Shown in pieces: positions 55,592 through 64,000 of a stretch of DNA of 64,000 nt. The DNA comes from Hyphomicrobiales bacterium (GTDB lineage Bacteria; Pseudomonadota; Alphaproteobacteria; Rhizobiales; CAJQND01). Within the stretch, counting starts at the first letter, position 1; the number at the start of each line of letters is the position of its first letter. The DNA is taken from contig JANQOW010000007.1 of assembly GCA_028285595.1 (NCBI GenBank), positions 19,036 to 83,035 on the forward strand, written 5' to 3'. The notes under the pieces were generated by a model. The model did no database searches. It was not told the origin of the DNA and worked only from the letters and a program-made list of their open reading frames with translations. A program made the position numbers and the translations under genes.

Positions 55592-56041
55592 TTAGTCTCC
55601 CTCATTCGGTTCGCTGTTCCTTCCGACCGCCAGAGCTCTAGAAAAGACACCGACAAGGAATGCTGTTGTCAGCCCGAACATCAGTATGCCTGTCACCGAC
55701 GCCATTGCACCGAATATTCTGAATTCCGGCGCCAGAATGACGTCGCCGTATCCGAGTGTGGTGTAGGTTACCAGTCCGAAATAGATCGGCGCCTCGTATC
55801 CTGGCAGTGCGCCCACTCCCCAGATGGCAAACGCCCAAAGGTAAACATGAACAGTGTGTGATGTCAGAAAGGCGCCGAAGATACATGCCGTCACGATGGC
55901 GAAGCGGAGTGTGCTCGGCGAACCATCCAGCGGACGTCGTCGGGTCAAGTATCTGATGGTCACGGCGGCAAGCGAGATGTGCAGCAATCCGCAGATGATC
56001 AGTATCGTGCTACCCAGAATGATTTGTGAGATGACAGCCAA
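55592..56041 (-). CDS. small potassium-channel-like protein (Ion_trans_2), paralogue of 39506..39946
   Basis: 149 aa with TTLGYGD filter. Apparent TTG start behind AGGGA, with an in-frame TGA 12 nt upstream. Confidence 0.7.
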   Translation of the reverse strand: MAVISQIILGSTILIICGLLHISLAAVTIRYLTRRRPLDGSPSTLRFAIVTACIFGAFLTSHTVHVYLWAFAIWGVGALPGYEAPIYFGLVTYTTLGYGDVILAPEFRIFGAMASVTGILMFGLTTAFLVGVFSRALAVGRNSEPNEGD

Positions 56042-56244
56042 TTGTTCCCTGCTTCATGCCCGCGTAAATCATAAAGCCTCAGAGTAGCCCAGAGGCGGAG
56101 AGAACAAAACCAACTTACAAAAGACAGTTCCGCAGCGAGCAATCAGATGGACTTTCAAAGCTTCCCGTAAGGGGCCATGAGATATGGCTCATGTCGGCAT
56201 CGCACCCAGCGCTTACCTCAGAGCTAAAGGCGGTAGATGATCCA

Positions 56245-57420
56245 CTAATCTTCGCGCAATGCCTCGATCGACAGCGCTGCAAGCGCGGTTTCCAATGACG
56301 AGACGAGATCTGAGCTGTCATCGACGCTGCCAACGTCACTGTTGATCTGAAACGCGATGGTGATCCCGTGGTCCGCATAGTGCCGCAAACTTGATACATA
56401 TCCGGGCAACCATCCGCCGTGCCCATAAACTCTACCGAACTTGGTCTCTGAGTAGATAGCTATGCCACTGCCGTAGCGGACAGATGGAGTATCCGGATCG
56501 ACAGATACAGAGTCGAGCAGGCGGTCTAGATACGGCTGCTTTAGCGCTCTGCCGGAAAACAGCGCATCGCCCCAGCGCGCGAGATCGTGGGACGTAGAGA
56601 TCAGTCCGCCGCCGGTCCACTCAATTGCTGGGTTCCAAAGCAAGGTGCCCTTCCGATCCACCGTCCGGCGAGGGAGTGATAGAATGTTAGTCGGGGTTGT
56701 GTATCCCACGGCTAAGCCCGGCAGAGCAGGCACGTTAGAGGAACTGGTTTGCGCAAAACCAAGCGGCTTCAGAAATCGAGTCGCAATTAGGTTTTCATAG
56801 GTTTGGCCGCTCGCCTCTTCGATTACGAGACCAAGCAACATGTATCCGGTGTCGGTGTAGGACCATCCGTTGCCCGCCGCGAACAGAGGTGATTTATCGA
56901 GAACGAATGCAATGGCGTTCTCGGGCTGAAAATGCCTCGTTCCCAACTGCTCCATCAGCGCCCGCGCAGCCCCGGCCATGTGCACGTGGTCTGGCAGCCC
57001 GGCACTGTGTGTCAGCAAGTGTCTGATTGTAATCTTTGGCGCATTTGGCAGGCGGTCAAACCAAGTTCTGTTGCCGAGAAAATTGGAAATGAGATCCGAC
57101 CGACTAAGGGTACCTTCGCTTTCCAATGCCAGGACGAGGGCGCCAACCATGGTTTTGCCAACGCTTGCCGCCAGCATTCGGGTGTCCGGGGTCATCTCGG
57201 TCTTGGCCTCGATGTCTGCCAACCCGATTGCAGCACTTCCAACCGTGCCATCCGGCAACACGTACGCAGCCGTCGCACCCGGGAAACCGTGCTGAGATTG
57301 GAAAGCGGCCAGCAAAGCCTCGATGCTTCGGGTCAAGTCAGCGTGCTCGGCTGCAACGGGACCCGCGGGCCAACTGAGCATCGACCAGATCAGCGATGCG
57401 ACAACCAGAAGCGGTTTCAT
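56245..57420 (-). CDS. serine hydrolase (beta-lactamase / D-Ala-D-Ala carboxypeptidase class C-like), exported
   Basis: Signal peptide, SVGKTM (SxxK) motif, 391 aa. 4-nt overlap with the upstream CPBP gene. Confidence 0.85.
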   Translation of the reverse strand: MKPLLVVASLIWSMLSWPAGPVAAEHADLTRSIEALLAAFQSQHGFPGATAAYVLPDGTVGSAAIGLADIEAKTEMTPDTRMLAASVGKTMVGALVLALESEGTLSRSDLISNFLGNRTWFDRLPNAPKITIRHLLTHSAGLPDHVHMAGAARALMEQLGTRHFQPENAIAFVLDKSPLFAAGNGWSYTDTGYMLLGLVIEEASGQTYENLIATRFLKPLGFAQTSSSNVPALPGLAVGYTTPTNILSLPRRTVDRKGTLLWNPAIEWTGGGLISTSHDLARWGDALFSGRALKQPYLDRLLDSVSVDPDTPSVRYGSGIAIYSETKFGRVYGHGGWLPGYVSSLRHYADHGITIAFQINSDVGSVDDSSDLVSSLETALAALSIEALRED

Positions 57421-58259
57421 CGCTGCGTTTGGCCTTCTCCTGGTATGACCTCCGTCACTGCACCATCGCGGCGGAACATCTTAGCGCGGTGCCACCAGAC
57501 CACGACGATAGCAATGGCGACCAGAATCCAGGTGTCATACGGTTGTGCATCAGGCCAAACCGGGTTGATCAACTGCCAATGGAACACCATCGGCCAGAGC
57601 AGGCTGCCCCGCGTTTCATTGAAAATCGGGGTCACCAGAACGGCGAGGGTGACATTGCCTACGAAGAATGGGAAGAAGGCCCAGCCTGCGAACACGGTGC
57701 CAGACAGGAAGAATGCCGGGATATGCCAGACGCCCCAGATCACGCCTATGATCATCCCGGCCCAGATTGGAGCGACGTGCCGTTGCAGGATGGGCTGCGC
57801 GACGCCGCGCCAGCCGAACTCCTCGATTGGGCCTAGAAACAGCATCATGAACAGAACCGAAACCACCGTACCCACTCCGTCGGGAGGAAGCGGGGAGAAG
57901 ATTGGGCCAGCCTTGATGAGCGATCCGGCGGCGTAGACCACTGGAATGATGACGAGGATGAAGGCGATCCAGCCAATCGAACAGCGCCAGAGAAGTAGGC
58001 GCCCCAGAAATGCTGTCACACCTGTAGGGCCTGCACAGTAGAAGATCAGAACGAATGCCGAAATTGCCGGCGCCCAAGTCGCTATGAAGAAGAATGGATG
58101 CGACCCACCCATCTCTCCAAAGATGGCGGAGGCCCATCCAGGCCAAAAAATGTAAACGCCGATCATACTCCACGTGACTGAAAAAGTGAGTGCCAGGAAG
58201 GCAACCATCGCCCTAGACGGTATCTTCCAGCGGTGGATCGGTGCGGCGGTATTGGCCAT
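57417..58259 (-). CDS. CPBP family intramembrane glutamic endopeptidase (CAAX protease-like)
   Basis: Polytopic ORF with EEFGWRG (EExxxR) and a downstream VWGVWHIPAFF His motif. Confidence 0.82.
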   Translation of the reverse strand: MANTAAPIHRWKIPSRAMVAFLALTFSVTWSMIGVYIFWPGWASAIFGEMGGSHPFFFIATWAPAISAFVLIFYCAGPTGVTAFLGRLLLWRCSIGWIAFILVIIPVVYAAGSLIKAGPIFSPLPPDGVGTVVSVLFMMLFLGPIEEFGWRGVAQPILQRHVAPIWAGMIIGVIWGVWHIPAFFLSGTVFAGWAFFPFFVGNVTLAVLVTPIFNETRGSLLWPMVFHWQLINPVWPDAQPYDTWILVAIAIVVVWWHRAKMFRRDGAVTEVIPGEGQTQR

Positions 58260-58403
58260 GGATTTCTCTTAGGTGTCGACCAAGAGAAGCCACTAATTGG
58301 TCTCGGGTGTTGTCGATATGATTTAGGTCAATTTAGTTCACCAAACTTTTGAGGCGCCGCTTCGTGCACCCTTCCCAAACAATAAACTTGCCGACTTTGG
58401 GCG

Positions 58404-58637
58404 TCAGTATGCGACAACCGGGTCACTGTCGATTGGATGCGTGGCGCTTTCTCTGGCAATGCTGTGCTCAAGGCCACGGACAATCTGAGGTGAGGTGTCT
58501 TCGAAAGACAGCAGGGCAAAGTCTGCGTTGATGAGTTGGGCTTTAACGCGTTCTTCTTTGTGCCGCCGGCGATGGTCGCTAATGAGAAATAGTCCGCCTG
58601 GCTTCAGAACTCGCCGGACCTCCCGGAGAAACTGCAT
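58404..58637 (-). pseudogene. class I SAM-dependent methyltransferase C-terminal fragment
   Basis: The 77-aa ORF starts at the post-II/III region (FLREVRRVLKPGGLFLISD). The N-terminal SAM-binding GxGxG motif is missing. It begins 12 nt after the upstream stop. Confidence 0.55.
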
Positions 58638-58649
58638 TTAATGCGAGGA

Positions 58650-59453
58650 TCATTTATCGGCTCCCTCCATCATACGGTTCGCGCGCTGCACGGCAGCCTC
58701 GAACTTGTCTTCAAAAGAGGACAGGTTGCGCTTTGGCTCTTTGTAGTAGGCGGTCAGCTTCAACAACCTGATGAACGTGCGATTGACCACCGTTCCCCAA
58801 AACCGCATCGGGCGCTCAAAATCCAAAATCAGAACAACGCGCTCCTGAGGCGTATCGTTCATGACCTCGTGCTCGTACGTATCATCGAATACCAGGAGCT
58901 CGCCCTCGCGCCAGAAGCACTTATCTTGGTCAACGCGCATCCAACAATTTGCTGTATCGTCAGGCACGATGAGTCCGAGGTGACACCGCACAATGCCTTT
59001 GGTCACCCCTCTGTGAGGCGGGATGTGGTAGCCGGGTTCCAGGATGGAAAACCACGCCGTTTGAAGTCTTGGAACGTTCTCAAGTAATTGGGTTGTTCTT
59101 GGCGCAAACGAACAGTTCCTGTCTGATTTTTCGGCGAAGCCAAACAGAAAAAACGTCCGCCATTGCCGCCCTTTGGCAATCCTTTTCTGGTCACTCGACA
59201 CATCTTCGAAGGCGGGAATGGCGTCCTTGTGCTTCAGGATGCTGTCCAACTCATCACGTATGTCTAGCCAGTTTTCGGAAAAAGCATCAAGGAATGAAAA
59301 CTGTTTCTCGTCCAGAACCGGAGCGTTGCTGACAAGTGATTGATTTGCAAGAAAATTGCGGAGATTGCGAATGGCCTTCTTTCCAATTTGCTTAACCAGC
59401 TTTCGACGCTTAGTCTTGAGCCCCGTCCCTTCTGAACCCACCCGCTCGATCAT
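58650..59453 (-). CDS. aspartyl/asparaginyl beta-hydroxylase family protein (LpxO/OlsC-like)
   Basis: ...GYHIPPHRGVTKGIVRCHLGLIVP... Fe(II)/2OG hydroxylase core, 267 aa. Confidence 0.82.
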   Translation of the reverse strand: MIERVGSEGTGLKTKRRKLVKQIGKKAIRNLRNFLANQSLVSNAPVLDEKQFSFLDAFSENWLDIRDELDSILKHKDAIPAFEDVSSDQKRIAKGRQWRTFFLFGFAEKSDRNCSFAPRTTQLLENVPRLQTAWFSILEPGYHIPPHRGVTKGIVRCHLGLIVPDDTANCWMRVDQDKCFWREGELLVFDDTYEHEVMNDTPQERVVLILDFERPMRFWGTVVNRTFIRLLKLTAYYKEPKRNLSSFEDKFEAAVQRANRMMEGADK

Positions 59454-60679
59454 TTGTTTTCCTCCGTTGCTGGCAGCCCTTTGCGCGCATACTGCTTGGC
59501 AGTATTGGCCAATCGTTGCAGATCACTGTCTGGAAGCGTTGAGTAGCAAGGCACGATGACAAGCCTCGCGAGGAGGTCGGTGGCATTGTGAGGCGCCAGC
59601 TCAGGGCGATCCTCTGGTGCGGCAACCGGCTGCGAGCGTGGAAGGTTGGCGGCATCGAAACCATGCTTGCGCATATGTGCTATGAATTCGCCAACTGAAT
59701 CGACGAGTACGCCGAACTGCCAGTAGTCTAAATACGGCGTGTCGGTCGCCGGCAACTCCAATGCACCATCCAGAAGCTCGGCAAGCCGGCGCCCCTTTTT
59801 CATTCGCTGCGCCGAGGTCGCCGCGTTGAACCGCTCCAACCGCCTCCACAAAAGAGCGAGCAGCGCTGTCGATGGTTTGAAACGCAGGTTATTGGTCTTC
59901 TTTAAAACAGCCACATTGCGAACCTTCTCGACAAGTTTGTCTTCGAACTCACCGCCGAACAGCGCATGAATCCGGTGAGCCGCTCCGTAGACTGTCGGCA
60001 ATGTGACGAGCTTTAGCAGTGCGAACTGAGCGATCCGTTTGACTTGCTTTGCGGTTGGTTGCACCGCGTATGCGTTCTGGATTTCCCGCATGCGGGCCCG
60101 TAGTGCGGCGTCGCGAACGTTTATCAGGGCGCCCCCCAGCGCCGTGGAAGTTTTCAGCGGCCCGAAGGAAAACATCGCAACGTCGGCTTTGGGATGGCCT
60201 GCGTACTCTTTCCCGCAAAACGCCTGTGCGCTATCCTCGACGACGAGCAGTCCCGCTGCATGAGCTGCGTCTATCAACTTATCCAGATCCAATCTGCTGC
60301 CGAACAGAGGTGCTACGATTAGGACTTTCGCCTTTGCAGTGACGGCCTTCTTAAAGGTCTCCACCGTGGGGGTCAGCGTAGCGGTCTCAAAGTCCAACGG
60401 AACTGGAACAAGTTCGGCACGCCGCGCGACATTGACCATCCCCTTGATGTTGAGCGCAGAGAACAGAACTTCATCGCCCGGCTTCAAATCCATTGCCTGA
60501 ATGAGTAAATCCAGACCGCTCCTGACCGAGAAGCAAGCAATTGCCTCTTCATTCGGCCAGTAGCTCTCGACTTTTGTTAGAAGCTTGGTTCGATCACCAC
60601 CAATGGCGCACGCCATCGCACCGGCCGCCAGGTCGGTCCAGCCGATATTCAGGATAGTCCGTGGCCAAAGTCTCAACAT
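59450..60679 (-). CDS. DegT/DnrJ/EryC1/StrS family PLP-dependent aminotransferase
   Basis: ...VVEDSAQAF... and FSFGPLKTSTALGG (PLP Lys). ATG at 60679 behind GGGAGA is preferred over the GTG at 60703. 4-nt overlap with the next gene. Confidence 0.8.
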   Translation of the reverse strand: MLRLWPRTILNIGWTDLAAGAMACAIGGDRTKLLTKVESYWPNEEAIACFSVRSGLDLLIQAMDLKPGDEVLFSALNIKGMVNVARRAELVPVPLDFETATLTPTVETFKKAVTAKAKVLIVAPLFGSRLDLDKLIDAAHAAGLLVVEDSAQAFCGKEYAGHPKADVAMFSFGPLKTSTALGGALINVRDAALRARMREIQNAYAVQPTAKQVKRIAQFALLKLVTLPTVYGAAHRIHALFGGEFEDKLVEKVRNVAVLKKTNNLRFKPSTALLALLWRRLERFNAATSAQRMKKGRRLAELLDGALELPATDTPYLDYWQFGVLVDSVGEFIAHMRKHGFDAANLPRSQPVAAPEDRPELAPHNATDLLARLVIVPCYSTLPDSDLQRLANTAKQYARKGLPATEENK

Positions 60680-60953
60680 TTTCGTCTCCCACGCCCCTCG
60701 CACTAGAGTGAACTTGAGTGTGCGAGGATCAGCCTCAGGGTGCCTTAGAGAGTTGTGCGCCGGGAGTGAGTCACTGTTAGTTACTGGCTGAACAACCGTA
60801 GCTGGCTTAGGATCGGCCGCTCCTTTAACGGAGCCGTTCGATCTCAGCGGTGTTCTCCAGCGTCTTCAGAGCTCTGTTCCCGCGAGCTTCCATCGGGCGC
60901 ACCAAACGGCGCACTTGCAATGGGTTCGAATGCGAACAGGATGTAGCTCAAAC

Positions 60954-61976
60954 TCAAGCTGCATCCGACATCAGCACCGATCCCATAACGCTCAATTTGT
61001 CTGGGGTTAGCGTGAAGCCTTTAATCCCATTTTGCTTGTGCCGGGAGGAGCGGCTGGCTTCGTAGACCAGCTTGCGACAGCGTTGCACGCTGCCGAGCGG
61101 CTGGTGTTCGGGGAGGCAGTGCCAGGGATCCCAGGCCAGATTCTCACCGAGCAAACGTTGAGCATCTGAGTTGAATTCCTGCGGTGGAATCGTAAGAGTT
61201 GCAACTTTGAAGACCGGGGAAGCCCAGGGCACGGTGCTGTCCTCTACAGGCATGGTCGCAGCATCGGTCTGCAGCTGTATGCAGAAATCGTAGACGGCGG
61301 GGCGCCGCTTGTCCGTCAACTGATCGATCAACGCATCGAGCAGCCCATTTGGCGTCGAAGCCTTCGGTAATCCAGAGAGATTGCTGATGTGGGGTGCGAA
61401 AGTGAAGCGAATGGCTTGATCGCCCAGCGCAATTGGCGTCTGTCCCCAATACTGTTGCTCCAGGTGGTAGCTGATCACCTTGAAATGGGCTGGCTGATGA
61501 TGGGCAAATTCCGGGTGCTTGCTCCAAAACTTGGGTGTTGTGGGGTCCTGCTGAGATTCCGTGAACAATTCGGCATATTGCTCAGCCGTTTGAATGAAAA
61601 AGTGCGGGTATGCAAGCGTGATGAAATCCTGGCACTTTATTTCACCAGAGCCAGCAGCGCCGTCCGCATTTAGGACCTTGACCGCCATGGCATGGGTATT
61701 GGGTTCGTGGTCATTGGGATTGAGCCCTGTGGATAAGCGAACGAGGGCATCGAACTTGCGCGCGCCGCCGAGCAAACCGATTTGAAGAGCCGGAGGCAGG
61801 TCTTTTTCCACTTCGAATGTGGCTTGAACAAGCGCCATCGCCTTTGAGTGTTGCCCGCGTTTGCGAGGATCCTGCTTGGCGTGGATAATTTTCATCTGAA
61901 GTTCGGCGACCTTCTGGATCGCCTCCATTTCCCCCTCAGGAATGGTTTCAGTGGGGTGGGGTTCGAATTCGATCAT
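60954..61976 (-). CDS. small catalase-related heme protein (catalase core-only family)
   Basis: 340 aa with a distal His region RKRGQHSKAMA...A(L)VRLS and C-terminal RKLVYEASRSSR (proximal Tyr pattern). Confidence 0.7.
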   Translation of the reverse strand: MIEFEPHPTETIPEGEMEAIQKVAELQMKIIHAKQDPRKRGQHSKAMALVQATFEVEKDLPPALQIGLLGGARKFDALVRLSTGLNPNDHEPNTHAMAVKVLNADGAAGSGEIKCQDFITLAYPHFFIQTAEQYAELFTESQQDPTTPKFWSKHPEFAHHQPAHFKVISYHLEQQYWGQTPIALGDQAIRFTFAPHISNLSGLPKASTPNGLLDALIDQLTDKRRPAVYDFCIQLQTDAATMPVEDSTVPWASPVFKVATLTIPPQEFNSDAQRLLGENLAWDPWHCLPEHQPLGSVQRCRKLVYEASRSSRHKQNGIKGFTLTPDKLSVMGSVLMSDAA

Positions 61977-61999
61977 GGGTCTATCCTTTTCGCGTGATG

Positions 62000-63412
62000 T
62001 CAGTATTTTTGCGCCGCAATGCCCTTCAGCGCGGTGAGGCTGGGCATGAAGAAGTACTCACCGCAGCGGGTGGTGATGAAGCGCTTGAAGTCGAACAGAA
62101 AGGGCATTGGCTCGCCGGGCAGTGTCATCTGCCCCTCGGCCGACGCGGGCCCAATGATCGGATCCTGCTCACCCATGGGCAAACCAGCAAAATCACCCTT
62201 GTTCACCCACTCCTGCCAAACAAACTCGAACTGGTCCTTGATGTTTGCGCAGACGAGATAAGAGGCAATGCCACGGTCGCGGCCATCGTCTTCCAAAACG
62301 CCATCTGGAAGCTTGGGGCCATATTCCAACCCGCGGCGGATAAGCCTGTGGCGGCGTACAACGGTGGCCGTACCGTCGAGAGCGTCCCTGGGGTTCATCC
62401 GTCGAATGTGCGCGCCGCGGGGGCAGATCATGCCGTCAGGATCGTCGGAATATCCAAAGTTGTTACACTTGTCCGGATCGTCGGCCAGTTCCGGCCGGTC
62501 CTCATCGGGAGCGTGCATCAGTGGACAGCCTGAGCGCCAACGACCCATGAATTTCGCGGCCATGCGCTCCTGATCATCCTCGTTGCTTGAGCCGTAGACG
62601 CATTCGGCGGCTTGAGCCAAGAAGCGGCGAAATGCTGCCACGTCCTGGTAGATTTTGCGGTACACGATGAATGTGCCATTTACCGCCAACTCGCGCGGCT
62701 CTGGAGCGGGAGGCTCGCTGCCGGATTCGTTCTCATAGCCGAGCAGAAACTCACCCGGTTTGAGCGGCGCCCACGTTCCATCAGGCTGGCGGGTGCCGGC
62801 ACCTGGAGTTTGGGGATAGATTTCCTCCGTGCCTTCGATCGGAACGTCGGTAAGGCCGTCACGATAACCGAAATGTTCAACGCCGTCCTCGAAGCCACGC
62901 CCGTCATGCGCTGCCATTTCGGTAACGCCCCCGACGCGTTCTGCAGCCTCGCGTAACCAGTCCGACTCAGCATCAATGAGCGCCACATCGTCTGAGAACA
63001 CGAACACCGCCACATGAATGCCTTCGCTGCCAAATCCGTCTTGCCAAGTGTCCGGTGACCGCTCGCCCACATCACCGTTTCGTTCGGCCCGGCCAACAGC
63101 GCCAGCCTGAAAAACGCCCGGGAAACCGCTAAGCGCATCGGCGGAAAGCTCCAGCGCGCGCAGGCCGAAAAAGCTTATGCCGACGTTCATGGCTGATTGA
63201 GGACGTTTAGCATCGGGCCACGGGGTTGCAGGGGTCACCCTCGCGCTGACATGGTCAAGCCATTGGCGCCCTGCGGCCCCGTTGTCGATCCGGAAAAACA
63301 ATCCACGCTGCTGCGCATAAGTGTATGGCTTGATGATATTGCCTTGGATCTCGTCAAGATTGCCGACTATGTCTTCGCCGGTAAGCGTGCGGTCAGTGAC
63401 GCTGGCGTCCAT
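62000..63412 (-). CDS. Dyp-type peroxidase
   Basis: 470 aa with N-terminal IQGNIIKPY, HFGYRDGLTD (GxxDG) and AHIRRMNPRD (proximal His/Arg region). Confidence 0.85.
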   Translation of the reverse strand: MDASVTDRTLTGEDIVGNLDEIQGNIIKPYTYAQQRGLFFRIDNGAAGRQWLDHVSARVTPATPWPDAKRPQSAMNVGISFFGLRALELSADALSGFPGVFQAGAVGRAERNGDVGERSPDTWQDGFGSEGIHVAVFVFSDDVALIDAESDWLREAAERVGGVTEMAAHDGRGFEDGVEHFGYRDGLTDVPIEGTEEIYPQTPGAGTRQPDGTWAPLKPGEFLLGYENESGSEPPAPEPRELAVNGTFIVYRKIYQDVAAFRRFLAQAAECVYGSSNEDDQERMAAKFMGRWRSGCPLMHAPDEDRPELADDPDKCNNFGYSDDPDGMICPRGAHIRRMNPRDALDGTATVVRRHRLIRRGLEYGPKLPDGVLEDDGRDRGIASYLVCANIKDQFEFVWQEWVNKGDFAGLPMGEQDPIIGPASAEGQMTLPGEPMPFLFDFKRFITTRCGEYFFMPSLTALKGIAAQKY

Positions 63413-63493
63413 CGTTCTTCCCTCCGTCGGGCGTAGTGTGAGCTAAGATGTGCGGGCGGGACTGATCGCCCCGCCCTTCGGTTAGGCGCTCGA

Positions 63494-64000
63494 TTAGGCA
63501 GCCCGTTGCTTGGAGCTTTCCTCCAGCGTGCGGGAGGGCGTCGGCCGCGCAAGTTCGCGCTGGAAGTCGCGGGTCTTCTTCTCCCAGTCAAGCGCACGCC
63601 AGACCTGCTTCACGGTCGCGTCGGGGTACGCAGCAAAGAATGCTTGGCAAGGAACGTACCCAGAGACGATAAACTCCATGAAACCCTTGAAGTCGCGTGC
63701 CCCACCCTCAGGGTACCCCTCGCATCGGCCCCAAACTTGATCCAGAAATTCCGGCGAATGCACTAAGAAGTCGGCCAGATAAGTATCCGGCGTTCCGTCG
63801 AAGTTGGAGCAGAATAGAAACTGCGTGTCGTTGTTGATTGTGCAGGCCCGCAGGAAATGGATTTCCTCAGAGCCCCACAATGACAGTTCCCAGTCCGTGT
63901 TGATGACCGCCTCCAGCCATTCGCGTTGTTCTGCGCCTTTGCCTTCTTTGATGTTGTGCAGAAGTGTCACCTCGCTGGCGCCGGCACCGCGGGTTTTGAA
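63494..64000 (-). CDS. hypothetical protein, N-terminus beyond window edge
   Basis: The reading frame stays open from the listed GTG (63970) to position 64000 (FKTRGAGASEVTLLHN...). No family recognised. It lies 81 nt upstream of the DyP gene on the same strand. Confidence 0.55.
   Translation of the reverse strand, partial: FKTRGAGASEVTLLHNIKEGKGAEQREWLEAVINTDWELSLWGSEEIHFLRACTINNDTQFLFCSNFDGTPDTYLADFLVHSPEFLDQVWGRCEGYPEGGARDFKGFMEFIVSGYVPCQAFFAAYPDATVKQVWRALDWEKKTRDFQRELARPTPSRTLEESSKQRAA

Noticed and set aside
56932-57936. 334-aa plus-strand ORF
   Set aside because: Antisense across the serine hydrolase/CPBP junction. Low-complexity Arg/Pro/Ser-rich sequence.
1-64000. CRISPR arrays, intact IS elements/transposases, integrases, prophage genes, toxin-antitoxin pairs
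   Set aside because: Reading both strands, I found no repeat-spacer periodicity, no transposase- or integrase-like ORF and no small paired ORFs with TA-like features. Only three gene relics were seen (ParB-like, GGT tail, methyltransferase tail).

Overview
GC-rich (about 55-58%) alphaproteobacterial chromosomal segment, probably Hyphomicrobiales- or Rhodobacterales-like. That placement rests on cpdR, the suhB-like/hutG-like/cpdR synteny and an alpha-r8/MmgR-type sRNA. Positions 1-2590 look like conserved core: an IMPase-family gene, the sRNA, N-formylglutamate amidohydrolase, cpdR and tRNA-Val(GAC). Just past the tRNA lie a decayed ParB-like remnant and about 350 bp of non-coding DNA. The remaining ~60 kb is a mosaic of self-contained catabolic, transport and signalling modules, each next to its own regulator (2x LysR, TetR, PAS-LuxR, AraC). 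I found no intact mobile element, CRISPR array, toxin-antitoxin pair or recognisable anti-phage system. The window does contain three gene remnants: ParB-like, a gamma-glutamyltransferase C-terminus and a methyltransferase C-terminus. No single clear-cut novel system stands out, and all functional calls are family-level readings of the translated ORFs by eye. The best candidates for undescribed biology are these. (i) A LysR-linked 8-gene operon joins 3-hydroxyanthranilate 3,4-dioxygenase, a P450, an AFMID-type arylformamidase and an ABC importer, but lacks TDO, KMO, kynureninase and ACMSD. It shares a 36-bp upstream element with a neighbouring aldehyde dehydrogenase gene. (ii) A 7-gene operon beside a PAS-LuxR regulator encodes BKACE, a TRAP transporter, a fused E1 alpha-beta TPP enzyme, RidA and an HpcH aldolase, with no E2 or E3. 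(iii) A 27-bp element containing a TGTCCG direct repeat at 21-bp spacing occurs upstream of two operons that flank an AraC regulator. (iv) A heme-peroxidase cluster encodes an unknown protein, a DyP-type peroxidase and a small catalase-related protein. (v) Signalling oddities include an MHYT-PAS-adenylate cyclase, a membrane cyclase lacking the specificity Lys, two mini K+ channels and a Tat-signal SDR.
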